A DNA stretch of 64,000 bases from Pseudogymnoascus verrucosus (lineage: Eukaryota), in the NCBI GenBank assembly GCA_001662655.1, contig KV460254.1. One strand, 5' to 3'. Positions within the stretch are counted from its first letter, which is position 1, and each line of letters begins with the position of its first letter. Positions 1 through 12,508 of this stretch are shown here, one piece after another. The notes under the pieces were generated by a model that worked only from the letters and a program-made list of their open reading frames with translations, ran no database searches and was not told the DNA's origin. The translations under genes and the position numbers were made by a program.

Positions 1-1
1 G

Positions 2-175
2 GTGGTGGAGGAGTGGAGTTGGGATGTTGAGAGGGAGACGGAGAGTGAAGGGGGGGAGAGGAGGAGGGGAGATGAGAAGGAGGCGAGGTTGGAGAGGGCG
101 GCGGAGTTGTTGGGGAGGCAGAAGGGGAGGGGGGAGGCTAATGGCGAGATGGGGGGTGGTTGTTTGAGTGTTTGA
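2..175 (+). CDS. 3' end of a gene entering from the left edge (partial), ending ...GEMGGGCLSV*
   Basis: Frame 2 is open from the edge to TGA 173-175, with the G-rich codon usage seen at other gene ends in the window. Product not recognisable. Confidence 0.5.
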   Translation: MVEEWSWDVERETESEGGERRRGDEKEARLERAAELLGRQKGRGEANGEMGGGCLSV

Positions 176-1046
176 GTGTACTTTGAGCGGGTGGGGTGTA
201 TTGAGTTGGTATGATGGTGTTTGCTCTATTATGGGCAGGGAGTTTGGTCGGGTTAGGGGTGTAATAGTTGGGTTTGGATGGATTGGATGGATTGGGTGAA
301 GGGTTAATAGAGGAGGAGTTCGCTGTACTCTAATACCATAATGATACCAGATTGTACTGGCGAGAGGAATCAAGTCACATTGCAATCACAATCATAGTCA
401 CGAGAACGAACAACATATTGCAAATGGCATGTGGTATATGTTTTGTGAATTTCATTGCCCACCCCACACCCACTCCTCCAGACGGGCTCCGATAAACACA
501 AAAGGTAAAGTAACAGTTTGACAGACTACCCGCTATGGCAAACGCAACAAAGGTTGATTCAGGATAGTTCCCAGCAGGATTGAAGTATCGAAGATACCCG
601 TCCCCGCTGAGCACCACCATTCATCAAAGCAATCCCCTGGGCAGATTATAACCATCCATTTGTGTGAGTTACCGCATCCGAAATCTCATCAAAGGACGCC
701 GAAAGGAGTTTCCGGAAGAGCCGTCGCCTTTTCCATCGACAAAAACCCGCGTTGTTGGTGTGAGAGAAACCGTGTTAAACAGGGCAAAACAAAAATAACA
801 TTTCGCAAAGGGGCAGGGAAGTGGGGGGGGACGTTGGGCAGAGAGAGGGAAAAAGGAGAAAAACCATGATATCAAGGATCGCAGGATGGTGTATTCGCAA
901 ATCGCATGTATTTCGTACGTTCGCAGCAAACGCCCCCCGCCGCCTCAGATCCGCATCAAATGCTCGCGCTGACTAGATTAAGACACTGATGACGGACTGT
1001 GTGCAGGGGGGAAGTTGCGGAACGGGGCCTCGTGAGACGACAAGAT

Positions 1047-2376
1047 TTAAGACTCAGCAGCTGGGGCAGTCTCGGTGGCGACCGCCTCAGCCTCCTTGGG
1101 GGCCTCGGCGGCGGCCTCAGGTGCCTTCTCGGCCTCCTTTGCCTCGGCGGCTGGTGCGGCCTCGGCCTCGCCGCTGTCGGAGGAGGTCCACAGCGTCAGG
1201 TTGTCGCGGAGGAGCTGCATGATCAGGGTGCTGTCGCGGTAGGACTCCTCGGAGAGAGAGTCGAGCTCGGCGATGGCGTCGTCGAAGGCCTGCTTGGCCA
1301 GGTGGCACGCGCGGTCGGGCGAGTTCAGGATCTCGTAGTAGAAGACCGAGAAGTTGAGGGCGAGACCCAGGCGGATGGGGTGGGTGGGGGTGAGCTCAGT
1401 CTGGGCAACGTCGGTGGCGTTCTATGGGAGATGTTAGTTTCAGATCGTGTCTGTACGAGTATGGGAACCGTACCTTGTAAGCCTCGTGTGCGGCAGTGGC
1501 AGCACCCTTGCGCTTCTCTCCCGAGGCGAACTCGGCCAGGTAGCGGTGGTAATCACCCTTCCTATAAAACAAAACAGTCAGAATCGGATCGTGCGGGGTG
1601 TATATAACACAAGATTGGCGATAACGTACATCTTGTGGTAGAAGACCTTGGACTCTCCGGACTCGGCCTTGGGGATCAAGGACTCATCAAGGACGTCAAG
1701 GACATCCTGGCAGACCTTCTCGAGCTCGGTCTCGATCTTCTGGCGGTAATCGCGGATGGTGGAAACGTGCTTCTCGGTTCCCTTGGACTCCTCCTTCTGC
1801 TCGATCGAGGAGATGATGCGCCACGAGGCACGTCTGGTACCCACGACGTTCTTGTAGGCAACGGACAGAAGGTTGCGCTCGTCAACGCTGAGCTCTCCAC
1901 CAAGCTATCGCACAAACACGTCAGTCGATGTTCAGATCCAACCTGGGGCGAACCCCCAGCGACACCCAAGAACTGAGCCTCATACCTTGGCGACCTCCTT
2001 CATGTATGTAACCATCTCATCGTATCTCTCAGCCTGCTCGCACAGCCTCGCGAGGAATGTCTTGCTAAAGGTCGCACAGAGATGTTAGCGGACTGATCTG
2101 TGCACAGTAATACCACGCCCATCCGGTGCGGTGTCGTTATTTGTGTTTGGATATTGCAAACAAGATCACTTTCGGGCGCATGTTTGGGGTGTAGTTTCAT
2201 ACCTTTCGCGCTGTCACGGAAAGTACAGGTCAGCATTCTGATCAAGAGGATGATATTGAGGAGGTATGAGAGGGGTCGACGCGGTACATGAGGCTGTCTA
2301 TTGTGCTGAGACACCGGCCTTGACCTGACGTGATGACGTGTAGTGGGTAGGAGGAAGAACTTACTTCGGTGGCCAT
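1047..2376 (-). CDS. 14-3-3 protein, 6 coding exons
   Basis: Spliced [25 protein letters not shown]...[29 protein letters not shown]...KGDYHRY...[17 protein letters not shown]...[21 protein letters not shown] 2376, TAA 1047-1049, five GT-AG introns. Confidence 0.97.
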
Positions 2377-2981
2377 GGTTGCGATGAAGGTGTTTATGTG
2401 ATGTGAGGTTGGTAGATGTGAAGAGGAAGTATTGAAATTGCAGAATGCGCGTGATTCAGGATGGTAGTAAGTAATGGAAGTTTGATGTGGAAGTTGTAAG
2501 AAGTTGGCGGGCTGAGATTGAATGAGGTTCCGGGGCAGCGATGGTGCGAGGTGGTCCTAAGCGAATGAGTTGAGAGAGCCCAGATTGAGTGGTGGGTGAG
2601 TGGTGATGCGAGAGGGGTGTGGTGGTGGGAACTTTTTAGAGTGGGAAAGTTAGGGGAAGCATAAACAACGACGCGGGCAGGCTGATTAGACTATTGAGGA
2701 CTATTGAGGACTATTAAAGGGTAATAAAGAGTAATAAAGAGTATTATTGGAGGGGCAGTGGACTACTTTTGGGGAGTTTAGGGAGTTAATGAGGCGAATA
2801 AACTGGACGCGGCGACGCCCTATTAGATGGACAAAGAGTGACTTTTGTTAGGGGATGCTGCGTATACTATAGTAGTCTAATAGCTGGTGTATCCACGTCT
2901 CTTATGTCATTACAGTGTACCAACTCAGTGAAGCCAACCACAGTCCTCTACAGCCGTATACATAACCTCCACCTCACTACT

Positions 2982-3009
2982 TTGTTGTTGTTGTTGTTAT
3001 TGTTGTTGT
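2982..3009. repeat. (TTG)n microsatellite, imperfect
   Basis: ttgttgttgttgttgttattgttgttg seen directly. Confidence 0.8.
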
Positions 3010-4361
3010 CTGGTGGGCGTCTTATATAATCTAATATATTTACACAGCCTCACAACCATCGACAGCCACCAAAATCACAAGGCAGATAAGACAAAAGAGA
3101 GTTAAGCGACGGCGACAGACACGCAGCAACTTGTTTACTTCACAAATGAATTTCACATGCATGTTTCCACAGTTGCAGATCGTGTAATAGGCGGAGGCTA
3201 CGAGGCATATATATATGTATGTACGTATGTATGTTGAGCATCTCATAAAGCGTAAATATCTCTCACTGTAGAAAAACAGATACCGTCCACAGCACACCGG
3301 TCAGCGGCGACGGCGTCAGTCTCTTCCCTTGTGAGAGAGAGCACCGCCGAAAGTCGAAGACGAATACATCGTATGATGCCCGCAGATCCCCACATAATTG
3401 GCTTGAAAATATGCCAACTATCAGGAGACAGTTGTTTACCATAAGTGAGTGGAGATTTGAGCACAGATAGGTACCAGTAATTTGTATGTGTGGTACGCGC
3501 CGAGTAGAGTACCCCTCTTTCACGGCTACGAGCCGGCCAGTCCGCTGAGGGAGGGACTACATACAAACTGCTTACAGTAAGTACTTGAGATGTTGGATAG
3601 TTGATGTTGGATCCCTATCCAGTTTTATTCAAGCCCTTTTTCCCAGGATGATACGGGATCTGTACTCTGCTGCATGAAGTACTGCACGAAGTATGCACTA
3701 TTAACATCCTTAACACCATCAGCACCATCAGCACCATCAAACACCACTCATATCCGAGAATAGAAATATTCCATGGGTTTCGGGTGGCCAAAGGTGGCGG
3801 GCGGCTGCCTGGAAGTGGGATCGATCCTGATACTCTAGTATGCTATGCGCTGGTATGCGCTCTGTGGAGGGGGAATTCCCTCACTCACTGGTGCCGGCCT
3901 CACGTAAAAAATGAGGCGCACGCACTCTCGAATTGGGCCGCCGCCACCACGCCCTAAAACACATGCTGCATATTTGCCGCGTCGTTCTCAAATAGCCTCA
4001 GTCCTTGGCTGAAGAGGGATAGAGTGCATGCTGTACTGTACTGTACAAAGTATGGAGAAGATCCCTCTCTCGCTCGTCATCGAATGCTGGCTGTCGATGG
4101 GAAAAGGAAGGGCCTTGGGATGGCCCCGGCGGAGGACTAGCTGGTTGCTGGTGGAGCATAGGGTACTCTACTCGATCTACTCTATCTACTCTACTATTCT
4201 TAGACAAGTGTAATATGAAGGAGATGAATATAAATTACTATAAGGCTGTCCATACTGTTATATCATATAACAATAACTGTGGTTAAAATCCAAAGCCTGT
4301 ATTTCCGTGGAATTCTCCTCTCCACTCCCCTCCCCTCTCAACTCCTTAGCTACCAAACACT

Positions 4362-4381
4362 AGTTAGTCACATGACTAACT
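4362..4381. promoter_or_regulatory. 20-bp inverted repeat centred on an E-box-like GTCACATGAC, upstream of the Ca2+-ATPase
   Basis: AGTTAGTCA-CA-TGACTAACT with perfect 9-bp arms, about 370 bp before the ATG. Confidence 0.45.
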
Positions 4382-4749
4382 TCTCCAAAAAAAAAAGCCG
4401 AGCCAAAATAAACTTGGCCGGTCCAAACCGCCGGCGCTGCTAGTGATCCCGGTTCGCGTGTGGAGGAACGTTGAACTACCGTAGAACCGCAACGTGTTGT
4501 TATCGAGGAACATTTTCTAAGCTATTGTAAGCAGCCCGGACGTTCCTGTAAATCTGGCCATTCCTTCCCGTTCCTGATTCCCTAGAGAAATCCCACCGTC
4601 AACAACTGTAGAGAACTCTCATTGACACATCTACGCTTTCGTACATGATTGCTTTGATTTAATTCAACGTCCGTGACGTTGCTGCTACTGCTGCCCCTGG
4701 CTCGATAAGAATTTCATCCACCAGACTTTGGACTACCGACCCCCACGCC

Positions 4750-7700
4750 ATGGAGAACGCATTCGCCCAGTCTACGGGACAGGTTCTCAAGCATTTTTCT
4801 GTGCAGGAGCATAAGGGACTCGATGATGCGCAGGTAATTGCGTCCAGAGCGAAATACGGGAGCAATGGTAAGTTTCCCTGACCTGGATATAATGGTTCAG
4901 ACCAGTTGTTGACGTTGTACATAGCTATTCCCGAGGAACCCCCGACCCCGGTTTGGGAGCTTATTCTAGAGCAATTCAAAGACCAGCTCGTCATTATCCT
5001 TCTCGGTTCCGCTGCTGTATCATTTATCCTCGCCCTTTTGGAAGATGGAGGTGGCTGGACAGCTTTTGTGGACCCCGCAGTCGTCAGTGTATTATTCCAG
5101 TGGCTGCTTAACAATTGCTAACATTCTTGAAGATCCTCACTATCCTTATCCTAAACGCCGTCGTCGGTGTCTCCCAAGAGAGCAGCGCCGAAAAAGCCAT
5201 TGCTGCACTACAAGAATACTCTGCGAACGAAGCTAAGGTTGTCCGAAATGGCCATGTTGCTCGCGTCAAGGCGGACGAGCTGGTTCCCGGAGACATCATC
5301 ACAATCGCCGTTGGAGACAGGATACCTGCAGACTGCAGAGTCATCGCCATCCAGAGCAACAGCTTTTCCGTGGACCAAGCTATCCTGACTGGAGAAAGTG
5401 AGAGCGTGGGCAAGGATGTTACGGCTGTCAAGGTGGAGAATGCTGTCAAGCAGGATCAAATCAACATGCTCTTCTCTGGAACAACTGTTGTCACTGGCCA
5501 CGCTACCGCAGTCGTTGTTTTGACCGGCCTGTCGACCGCCATCGGAGACATCCACGAGAGCATCACCGCACAGATTTCCGCACCTACACCATTGAAGGAG
5601 AAGCTCAATGATTTTGGAGACTCGCTGGCAAAGGTTATTACCGTCATCTGTATCCTTGTTTGGGCTATCAATATCCGCCACTTCAACGACCCCTCGCATG
5701 GTGGCTGGACCAAGGGTGCCATCTACTACCTGAAGATTGCCGTATCCCTGGGAGTTGCAGCAATTCCCGAAGGTCTCGCCGTTGTTATCACCACCTGTTT
5801 GGCCCTTGGAACCCGCAAGATGGCTGCCAAGAACGCTGTTGTCCGCAGTCTCCCATCCGTCGAGACTCTCGGTAGCTGCAGCGTCATCTGCTCCGACAAG
5901 ACCGGTACTCTGACCACCAACCAGATGAGCGTCAACAAATTAGTCTATCTGAATGAATCCGGCAGCGACCTCGAGGAGTTTGACGTTGAAGGCACGACTT
6001 TCTCCCCAGAGGGTAAAGTCCGTTTCCAGGGGACTCAGGTTACTGACCTTGCTGCCACATCCTACACCGTGGAGCAAATCGCTGAAATATCTGCTTTGTG
6101 TAACGATGCTCAACTCGCACTGGACGACAAGACTGGCATCTACTCTAGCGTCGGTGAGCCCACCGAGGGCGCTCTTCGTGTTCTGGTCGAGAAGATTGGC
6201 ACCCCAGAGTCCTCAAAGAAGGCCCAAAACGGAAACTCCGCACTCGCAGACCCGCTCAGCAAGTCCAGCTCCTGGTATGAACGCAGAGCTCCTCGTTTGG
6301 CAACATATGAATTCTCGAGAGACCGCAAGAGTATGTCTGTCCTTGTGGGCGACAAGAACTCTCAGCGTCTGTTGGTTAAGGGAGCCCCTGAGGCTATCAT
6401 CGAACGTTGCACCCATGCCGTCCTTGGCGCTAATGGCAAGAAGGTCAAGTTGACTAAGAAACTCTCTGAGCTACTCCTGAAAGAGGTTGTTGACTATGGT
6501 AACCGTGGACTTCGCGTCATTGCTCTCGCAAGCGTTGAAGATGTCGAATCGAACCCGCTTCTCAAGAAGGCCAAGACTACCGAAGATTATCTCAAGCTCG
6601 AGCAAAACCTGACTCTCGTTGGACTCGTTGGCATGTTGGACCCCCCGCGACCAGAGGTTGCTGGCTCGATCAAGAAGTGCAAGGAAGCTGGTATCAGAGT
6701 CATTGTCATCACTGGAGATAACCGCAACACTGCTGAGACCATCTGCCGTCAAATTGGCGTCTTTGGCCCTCACGAGGACCTGACTGGAAAGAGCTACTCT
6801 GGACACGAATTCGAGAAGCTTAGCGAAAGCGAACAACTGGAGGCTGTTAACAGGGCTTCATTGTTCTCCCGTGTTGAACCAACCCACAAGCTAAAGCTCG
6901 TCGAGCTCCTCCAAGCTCATGGCGAGGTTGTGGCAATGACTGGCGATGGTGTCAATGATGCCCCAGCTCTCAAGAAATCTGATATCGGTGTTGCCATGGG
7001 ATCCGGAACTGACGTCGCCAAATTGGCTTCCGACATGGTCTTGGCCGACGACAACTTTGCAACCATCGAGGTGGCCATCGAGGAGGGCCGTTCGATCTAC
7101 AACAACACCCAGCAATTCATCCGCTATCTCATCTCGTCCAACATCGGCGAGGTCGTGTCCATCTTCCTGACCGCCGCCATCGGCATGCCCGAAGCCCTGA
7201 TCCCCGTCCAGCTCCTCTGGGTCAACCTCGTCACCGACGGCCTCCCCGCCACCGCCCTCTCCTTCAACCCCCCCGACCACGACATCATGAAGCGCAAGCC
7301 CCGCCGCCGCAACGAGCCGCTCATCAGCGGCTGGCTCTTCTTCCGCTACATGGTGATCGGGATCTACGTCGGGCTCGCCACCGTCGCCGGCTACGCCTGG
7401 TGGTTCATGTATAACCCTGAGGGCCCGCAGATCAGCTTCTACCAGCTCACGCACTTCCACCAGTGCTCGGAGAAGTTCGCGGATCTGGGATGCCAGATGT
7501 TCTCGAATGATATGGCCAAGTCCGCATCTACTGTCTCGTTGTCGATCTTGGTCGTCATTGAGATGCTCAATGCTATGAATGCCTTGTCGTCGAGCGAGTC
7601 GCTGCTTACCCTCCCGCTGTGGGAGAATATGATGCTCGTTTATGCGATTGCGTTGTCGATGGCTCTGCATTTTGCGCTGCTGTATACGCCGTTCTTGCAG

Positions 7701-7907
7701 ACGCTGTTTTCGATTCTGCCGTTGAATATGAATGAGTGGTATGCTGTCTTGGCTATTAGTGCGCCTGTTATGTAAGTTATAATACCCCTTGATGAAGTAG
7801 AATGTTGCTGACTTTAATGTAGCTTGATTGATGAGGTGTTGAAATTTGCTGAGAGGCAGATTTATATTGAGACGAGCTACGCTGAGCCAAAACCGAAGAA
7901 GGAGTAG
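4750..7907 (+). CDS. SERCA-type (P2A) ER Ca2+-transporting ATPase, 4 exons
   Basis: MENAFAQS start. Motifs [69 protein letters not shown]. Introns near 4868, 5083 and 7772. Ends ...PKPKKE* (dilysine ER-retrieval-like). Confidence 0.95.
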
Positions 7908-7972
7908 AATAATATATAGGGGACAATGTGTACATTGTATCATCATCATTTTGCATAGTAGACATAGATTTA

Positions 7973-8116
7973 AATGCACAACGTATCAAGCAAGTCCAGG
8001 TGGTCCCAATGCACAAAGTATCAAGAAAGTTCGAATGGTCCCAATGCACAACGTATCAAGCAAGTTTGAGCAGTCCCAATGCACAACGTATCAAGCAAAA
8101 GTTCAAGTAGTCCCAA
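7973..8116. repeat. 35-bp minisatellite, 4 copies plus a partial
   Basis: AATGCACAACGTATCAAGCAAGT-N-GTCCC units start at 7973, 8008, 8043 and 8078. Confidence 0.9.
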
Positions 8117-8284
8117 GAAAAGCAATTGATGTTAAAAGTCTCCTTCGTTTCCACCTGACGCCGATCTGCCATGTATTGACCAGAAACGCTGTTATCTAAT
8201 TGTACACTCAAAATGAGCACTTCCAGAATTTCCATGCTCCGTACTTCTTCTTCTGCTTTGCCCATCCACATCCCCAAACCCCGT

Positions 8285-9100
8285 CTAATCTTGTCTACCC
8301 TTCAGTAACCTCTTCGTCACCTTGTCCTTCTCGATGATGTATACGTGTGCTCCCCATCCAGACAACGCATCTCTATCCACCGCATTCAACAACGCCTGCG
8401 AAATCGTCTCGAAAAGGTCCTCTGGCTCCTATACCACTCATTAGCACAAATCCATCCCCTCTCCCATCTCCCACCATCACATTTCAAACATACCAAATCC
8501 GGCTCCCACAGCCCCTCACAAGTACCAAACAGCTGATCGCTCGCCGTACCCGCCACGATAAAATCTTTCGCAAAATCAATACACCCAATACTATCAAAGC
8601 CGCAAATAAACGGCTTCCCCGTCTTGGGATCCAGTCCCGCCACCACGGGGCTCACGAAGAACGGCCCAAAGCGCTTCTCGTACAGCGACGAGCTGACGAG
8701 GTTCGCGAACGTCGAGGGCGCGATGTTGCGTTCCTCGCGCAGACGGTACATGTTCACCTTGTACCGGAAGAGATCGGAGACCGTGGCGACGTCGGTGGCA
8801 AGACCGGTCAGCCCCAGGTAGACGTCGCCGTAGTTGAAGACTTTGGGGAAGTTGTTGGAGACGGTTAGGGATTGGAGACCGAGACGAAGGTCGCACGCGA
8901 TCGCGACGCAGTCTTTGCCGACCATGGCGACGCAGGCTCCGCCATCTGGGGGGAGGTTAGAAGGGGGGGATTGGGAGGGGGGTGGATGGGGGTGGAGGAC
9001 GCACTGATGGAGAATGGGGAGCTCTGGGGATGAGGTTAGTGAGTGGTTTGCAAGGTGGTTGGTTGGGGAGGTGGTGGTTTGGTTTGGTTTGGCTTACCAT
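8285..9100 (-). CDS. PUP3: 20S proteasome subunit beta-3
   Basis: [30 protein letters not shown]...GLATDV...[17 protein letters not shown]...DALSGWGA...RLLKGRQD*. Three introns. Confidence 0.96.
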
Positions 9101-9799
9101 GACTTTGGATGTGTTGGCTTCACAGTGTCTGGGGTGTGTTTATATCGGTGTATTGAGTTGAGGGTCCTTGGAATCGTTCGTCGTGATGTTTTTTTGGTCT
9201 ATGTGTTGGTGGTTTGGCTGGCTGGGCTTATGGACGGATTCGCAAGGTAGACACGGCTACGCGTAGTTAACTGAGCTTGAGCTGCGGCGGTGGACGCTTG
9301 AGCTTGGACGGCGAGCCTCACCCCAAAAACGCTCGGACCACAATTAGGTGGATGGTTACGTTTACTGTAGGTGTTGCAATGGCCTAGAGGCAACATTTCC
9401 TTTGTACGGATCTGGAATTTCCTTTTCTACTTTGGTAAACTAAACTACGAGTTCACTTTTGTTACTACTTCCCAGTCTCGTTATTTCATATTGCTTGACA
9501 ATATTGCGCGCTCGAATACCGACGTCAACTACGAGTTCTGTGGTGATTCGCGGTTTGGAGGGTTCATTGAATCACCCCGCGATGATTGCTTGATAATAAG
9601 AATATCAGCGAATCCTACGGAAATCACCCACCACAAGACGCCACGAAACTCTCTCGCCTCTCACGGATTTGTATATACGAAGTCTGCTTGATTCTACAGC
9701 ATCTATATTTGCCTTAGCCCTTGAAAAGGCCCCAAACAGCCTACCCATTCTACAGGACAGGACGTAGATTACCCAGGTCCGAGAGACAGCTTCGCAGCC

Positions 9800-11310
9800 A
9801 TGGTAGCCCATGTTGTGGTGACGGATACTGGCCTTCAACGGTATCAGATTAAGGTGGCCCCCGAGACGCACATGAGCGATGTCCGAAATCAGGCTTGTAC
9901 AAGGTCCAAGTTCGACCCCAGCAACTACGGGTTGAAGTAAGTTGGACCCCATTTCGCATGATAGCTACAAGTCGCTAACTATATTCAAGGCATAATAACA
10001 AGGCAGTTGACCTCTCCCGAACATTCCGACAATCGGGCCTCTCCTCCGGTGCAAAACTCGAGCTCGTCGTTGCCTCAAAATCCCCCTCGGCCGTCGCAGT
10101 TGCATTACAACTCCCCGATGGGACTCGTCTCACGGATCGATTCCCAAGCAACACCACCCTCTGGCTGATCTTGAGGAAGTTCGAGGCGAGCGATACCAAG
10201 AACCTCAACTTCACGGCTAGGAGCATAGCTGATACGGAGGCGCGCTCGAGCGGGAAGATCTTCTATGAGATGCCGGTGCTGAATGTTATGAATAGGGAGT
10301 TTGGCACGTTTGTGGACTTGCAGAAGACTTTGTCGCAGATAGGGATTAGCAGCGGATCGATTTTATTGCGTTTAAGCTACCGACAGACGGAGACGCCGTT
10401 GGAGGTGGCGACGGCAGAGATAGGACAGTACTTTAAGGAAGTTGAGGAAGCTGGTCAGGGTACTGGGGCGACACCTTCGACGGAAACAGCTACTCCTGTC
10501 GAGGATGGTACCATCACCGATCAAATCGCCAAGGTCCAAGAACCTGGCCTGCAATCACCGTCGTCGCAGACGTCGAGTTCGATGTCAGGCGTGGTAAAAC
10601 CAACAGAGACCCCGGCGTCTGATGAGGGTATTGCTGGGCCAGGAGAGCGTATGATTTCGGTCTTCTCTGCTCCTACGTCAGCCGTCCCTCGAGCAGCCCA
10701 ACAAGAGTACAACGACTCCGACTACGAGCCCAGCGTAGCTGATGCCAAGTTGCACCAGTCTCGCCTCCTAAATAGGACACAAAACAAGAGACTCCTATCA
10801 GATGCAGAGCAGGAAGCTCTACAGCGAGAGAGGGAGGCAAAGAAATCTTCGGTTGTGGAAACAAGGGTCAAAGTCCGATTCCCTGATCAAACAACTGTCC
10901 AATTCCCCGTCAATGCCTCGGAAACGGGGGCAAAGATGCTCGAGTTTGTTAGGGGTCTCATCGTTGCAGGGGACCAGCCATTCTCCTTGATATATAAGGA
11001 CTCGAAAGGACAGATCCATAATGTGCCTGATAGCAGCACAGCGCGTCTGATTAAGGATTTGGGATTCGAGGGGCCGACACTGGTCACATTCACGTGGAAG
11101 GATGAGGCGAGTGAGGATGCGAGGAAGTGGCCGATACTCCAGCAGAAGTATGCTACCCAAGCAAAGCCCGTGCAAGTACCAGAAATTCCAAAGGCACAGG
11201 GGGGTGGAGGCGGTGTTGCTCCAAAGGCTAAGGAGGAGAAGAAGGCTGGTAGTGGAAAGTCTACGGAAGACAAGCTCAAGGGCTTCCTCAAAGGGTTGAG
11301 CAAGAAGTGA
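9800..11310 (+). CDS. TUG/ASPSCR1 (Ubx4-like) UBX-domain Cdc48 cofactor
   Basis: N-terminal ubiquitin-like MVAHVVV...LK|HNNKAVDLSRTFRQSGLSSGAKLELV (intron 9937-9989). UBX region VKVRFPDQ. Confidence 0.85.
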
Positions 11311-11648
11311 ACGGGCAGTAGAACGGATGGTTGTACCACGGCGCTTTGAAGGAATTGCATTGGTATTAGTTAAGAGGCTCATAGCGAGGCGTTTCAGAGG
11401 TATATAATTTTAGTATGAGTTGAAATGTCACAATTCACTTGAGCGTCAACCATAGAAGTCCTGCACCATAAAAGTCCTGCAGATTGGTATCAAGTTGTGA
11501 TTCATTGCCCGAAACCTCGGTCGAGTTGCCAGCTATATATTTGTCCGGCTTTTTACTCTCGCAGAGATTTTCATCCAGCCATGCATTGGCGCCCATTGTA
11601 CACCATCACTCCCTGTCCCAAAACTTGCCCAAACGCACCATGATGCAT

Positions 11649-12108
11649 TTAGTGAGCGGTACGGCGGGACTCGGCGATGACACCCTGGAGCTCATCAACC
11701 TTGGCCTTAGCACGGCCGAAGGTACCAAGACGCTTCTTTGCCAGCTTACGGGCACGCTTGTCCTTGCTGTTGCGGAGGAGTTCGATAACGCGGCGCTCGT
11801 ATGGGGCGAGGCTAGAAGAAAACTGTTAGAAAACGGATTCGGCGGTCAATGGAACGGCGGCGTCGCATACCCAGAAACCTCCTTGACGATCTCGCGGACG
11901 AAAGCGGTGCGCTTGCTCAAGTGACCCTTGGTCTTCGATGGCTTCGCGCGGACAGCACGACGCTCGGTTTTCTAATTCGCAGAATGATATGTTAGCCAGG
12001 TCGGTCCATCGCCTTCCTGATTCAGAAAGGGATCCTCCAAGAGGTGAGACGTACGTGGCCCTTGTTAGGTCCGACGGCAATGCCGCTGCGTGGGGTCTCT
12101 CTGGCCAT
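11649..12108 (-). CDS. RPL36: 60S ribosomal protein L36 (eL36), 3 exons
   Basis: [20 protein letters not shown]...[61 protein letters not shown]. Confidence 0.97.
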
Positions 12109-12508
12109 CTTGACGGAAGGTATGTCGAGATGCTGTGGTCGATGTTGTCGTGGATGGGTCGTGAGGCTTCGGCGAAAAGTTCGAGAAAGCGAATTTACGA
12201 CTGTTGTGCGCTCGCTTGGTGATGTGTGGGTCACGTGTTGACTTGGCTGGGTGGTCCGTGCAGTTTCGACCAATTAGCGGGGGTTGCCGGTGCATGAAGC
12301 CACGATGGGGCAGAAAAGTTTAAATGTGGCTCACCGCCTACCATGGAGGGGTACCTTGACTGCGACATCAGGGCCTCCGTTTACTTTTCGAGGGAAGCAT
12401 ACTCGGAATCTATCTGTTTTTAGTCCGCGTCTCAGTCTGTCTTCAAGTCATTGGGTTGGCTTTTAATACTATCTAAATTTTCCATTTATTGTTCCTCTAG
12501 AACCCGCA

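Noticed and set aside
999..1976. Plus-strand ORFs (202 aa, 113 aa) over the 14-3-3 gene
   Set aside because: Antisense shadows caused by biased codon usage of a conserved gene.
6891..7979. 362-aa minus-strand ORF
   Set aside because: Antisense to the Ca2+-ATPase, with no motifs; stop depletion follows from codon bias.
7973..8116. CRISPR array interpretation
   Set aside because: Variable part is only about 7 nt; this is a tandem duplication pattern.
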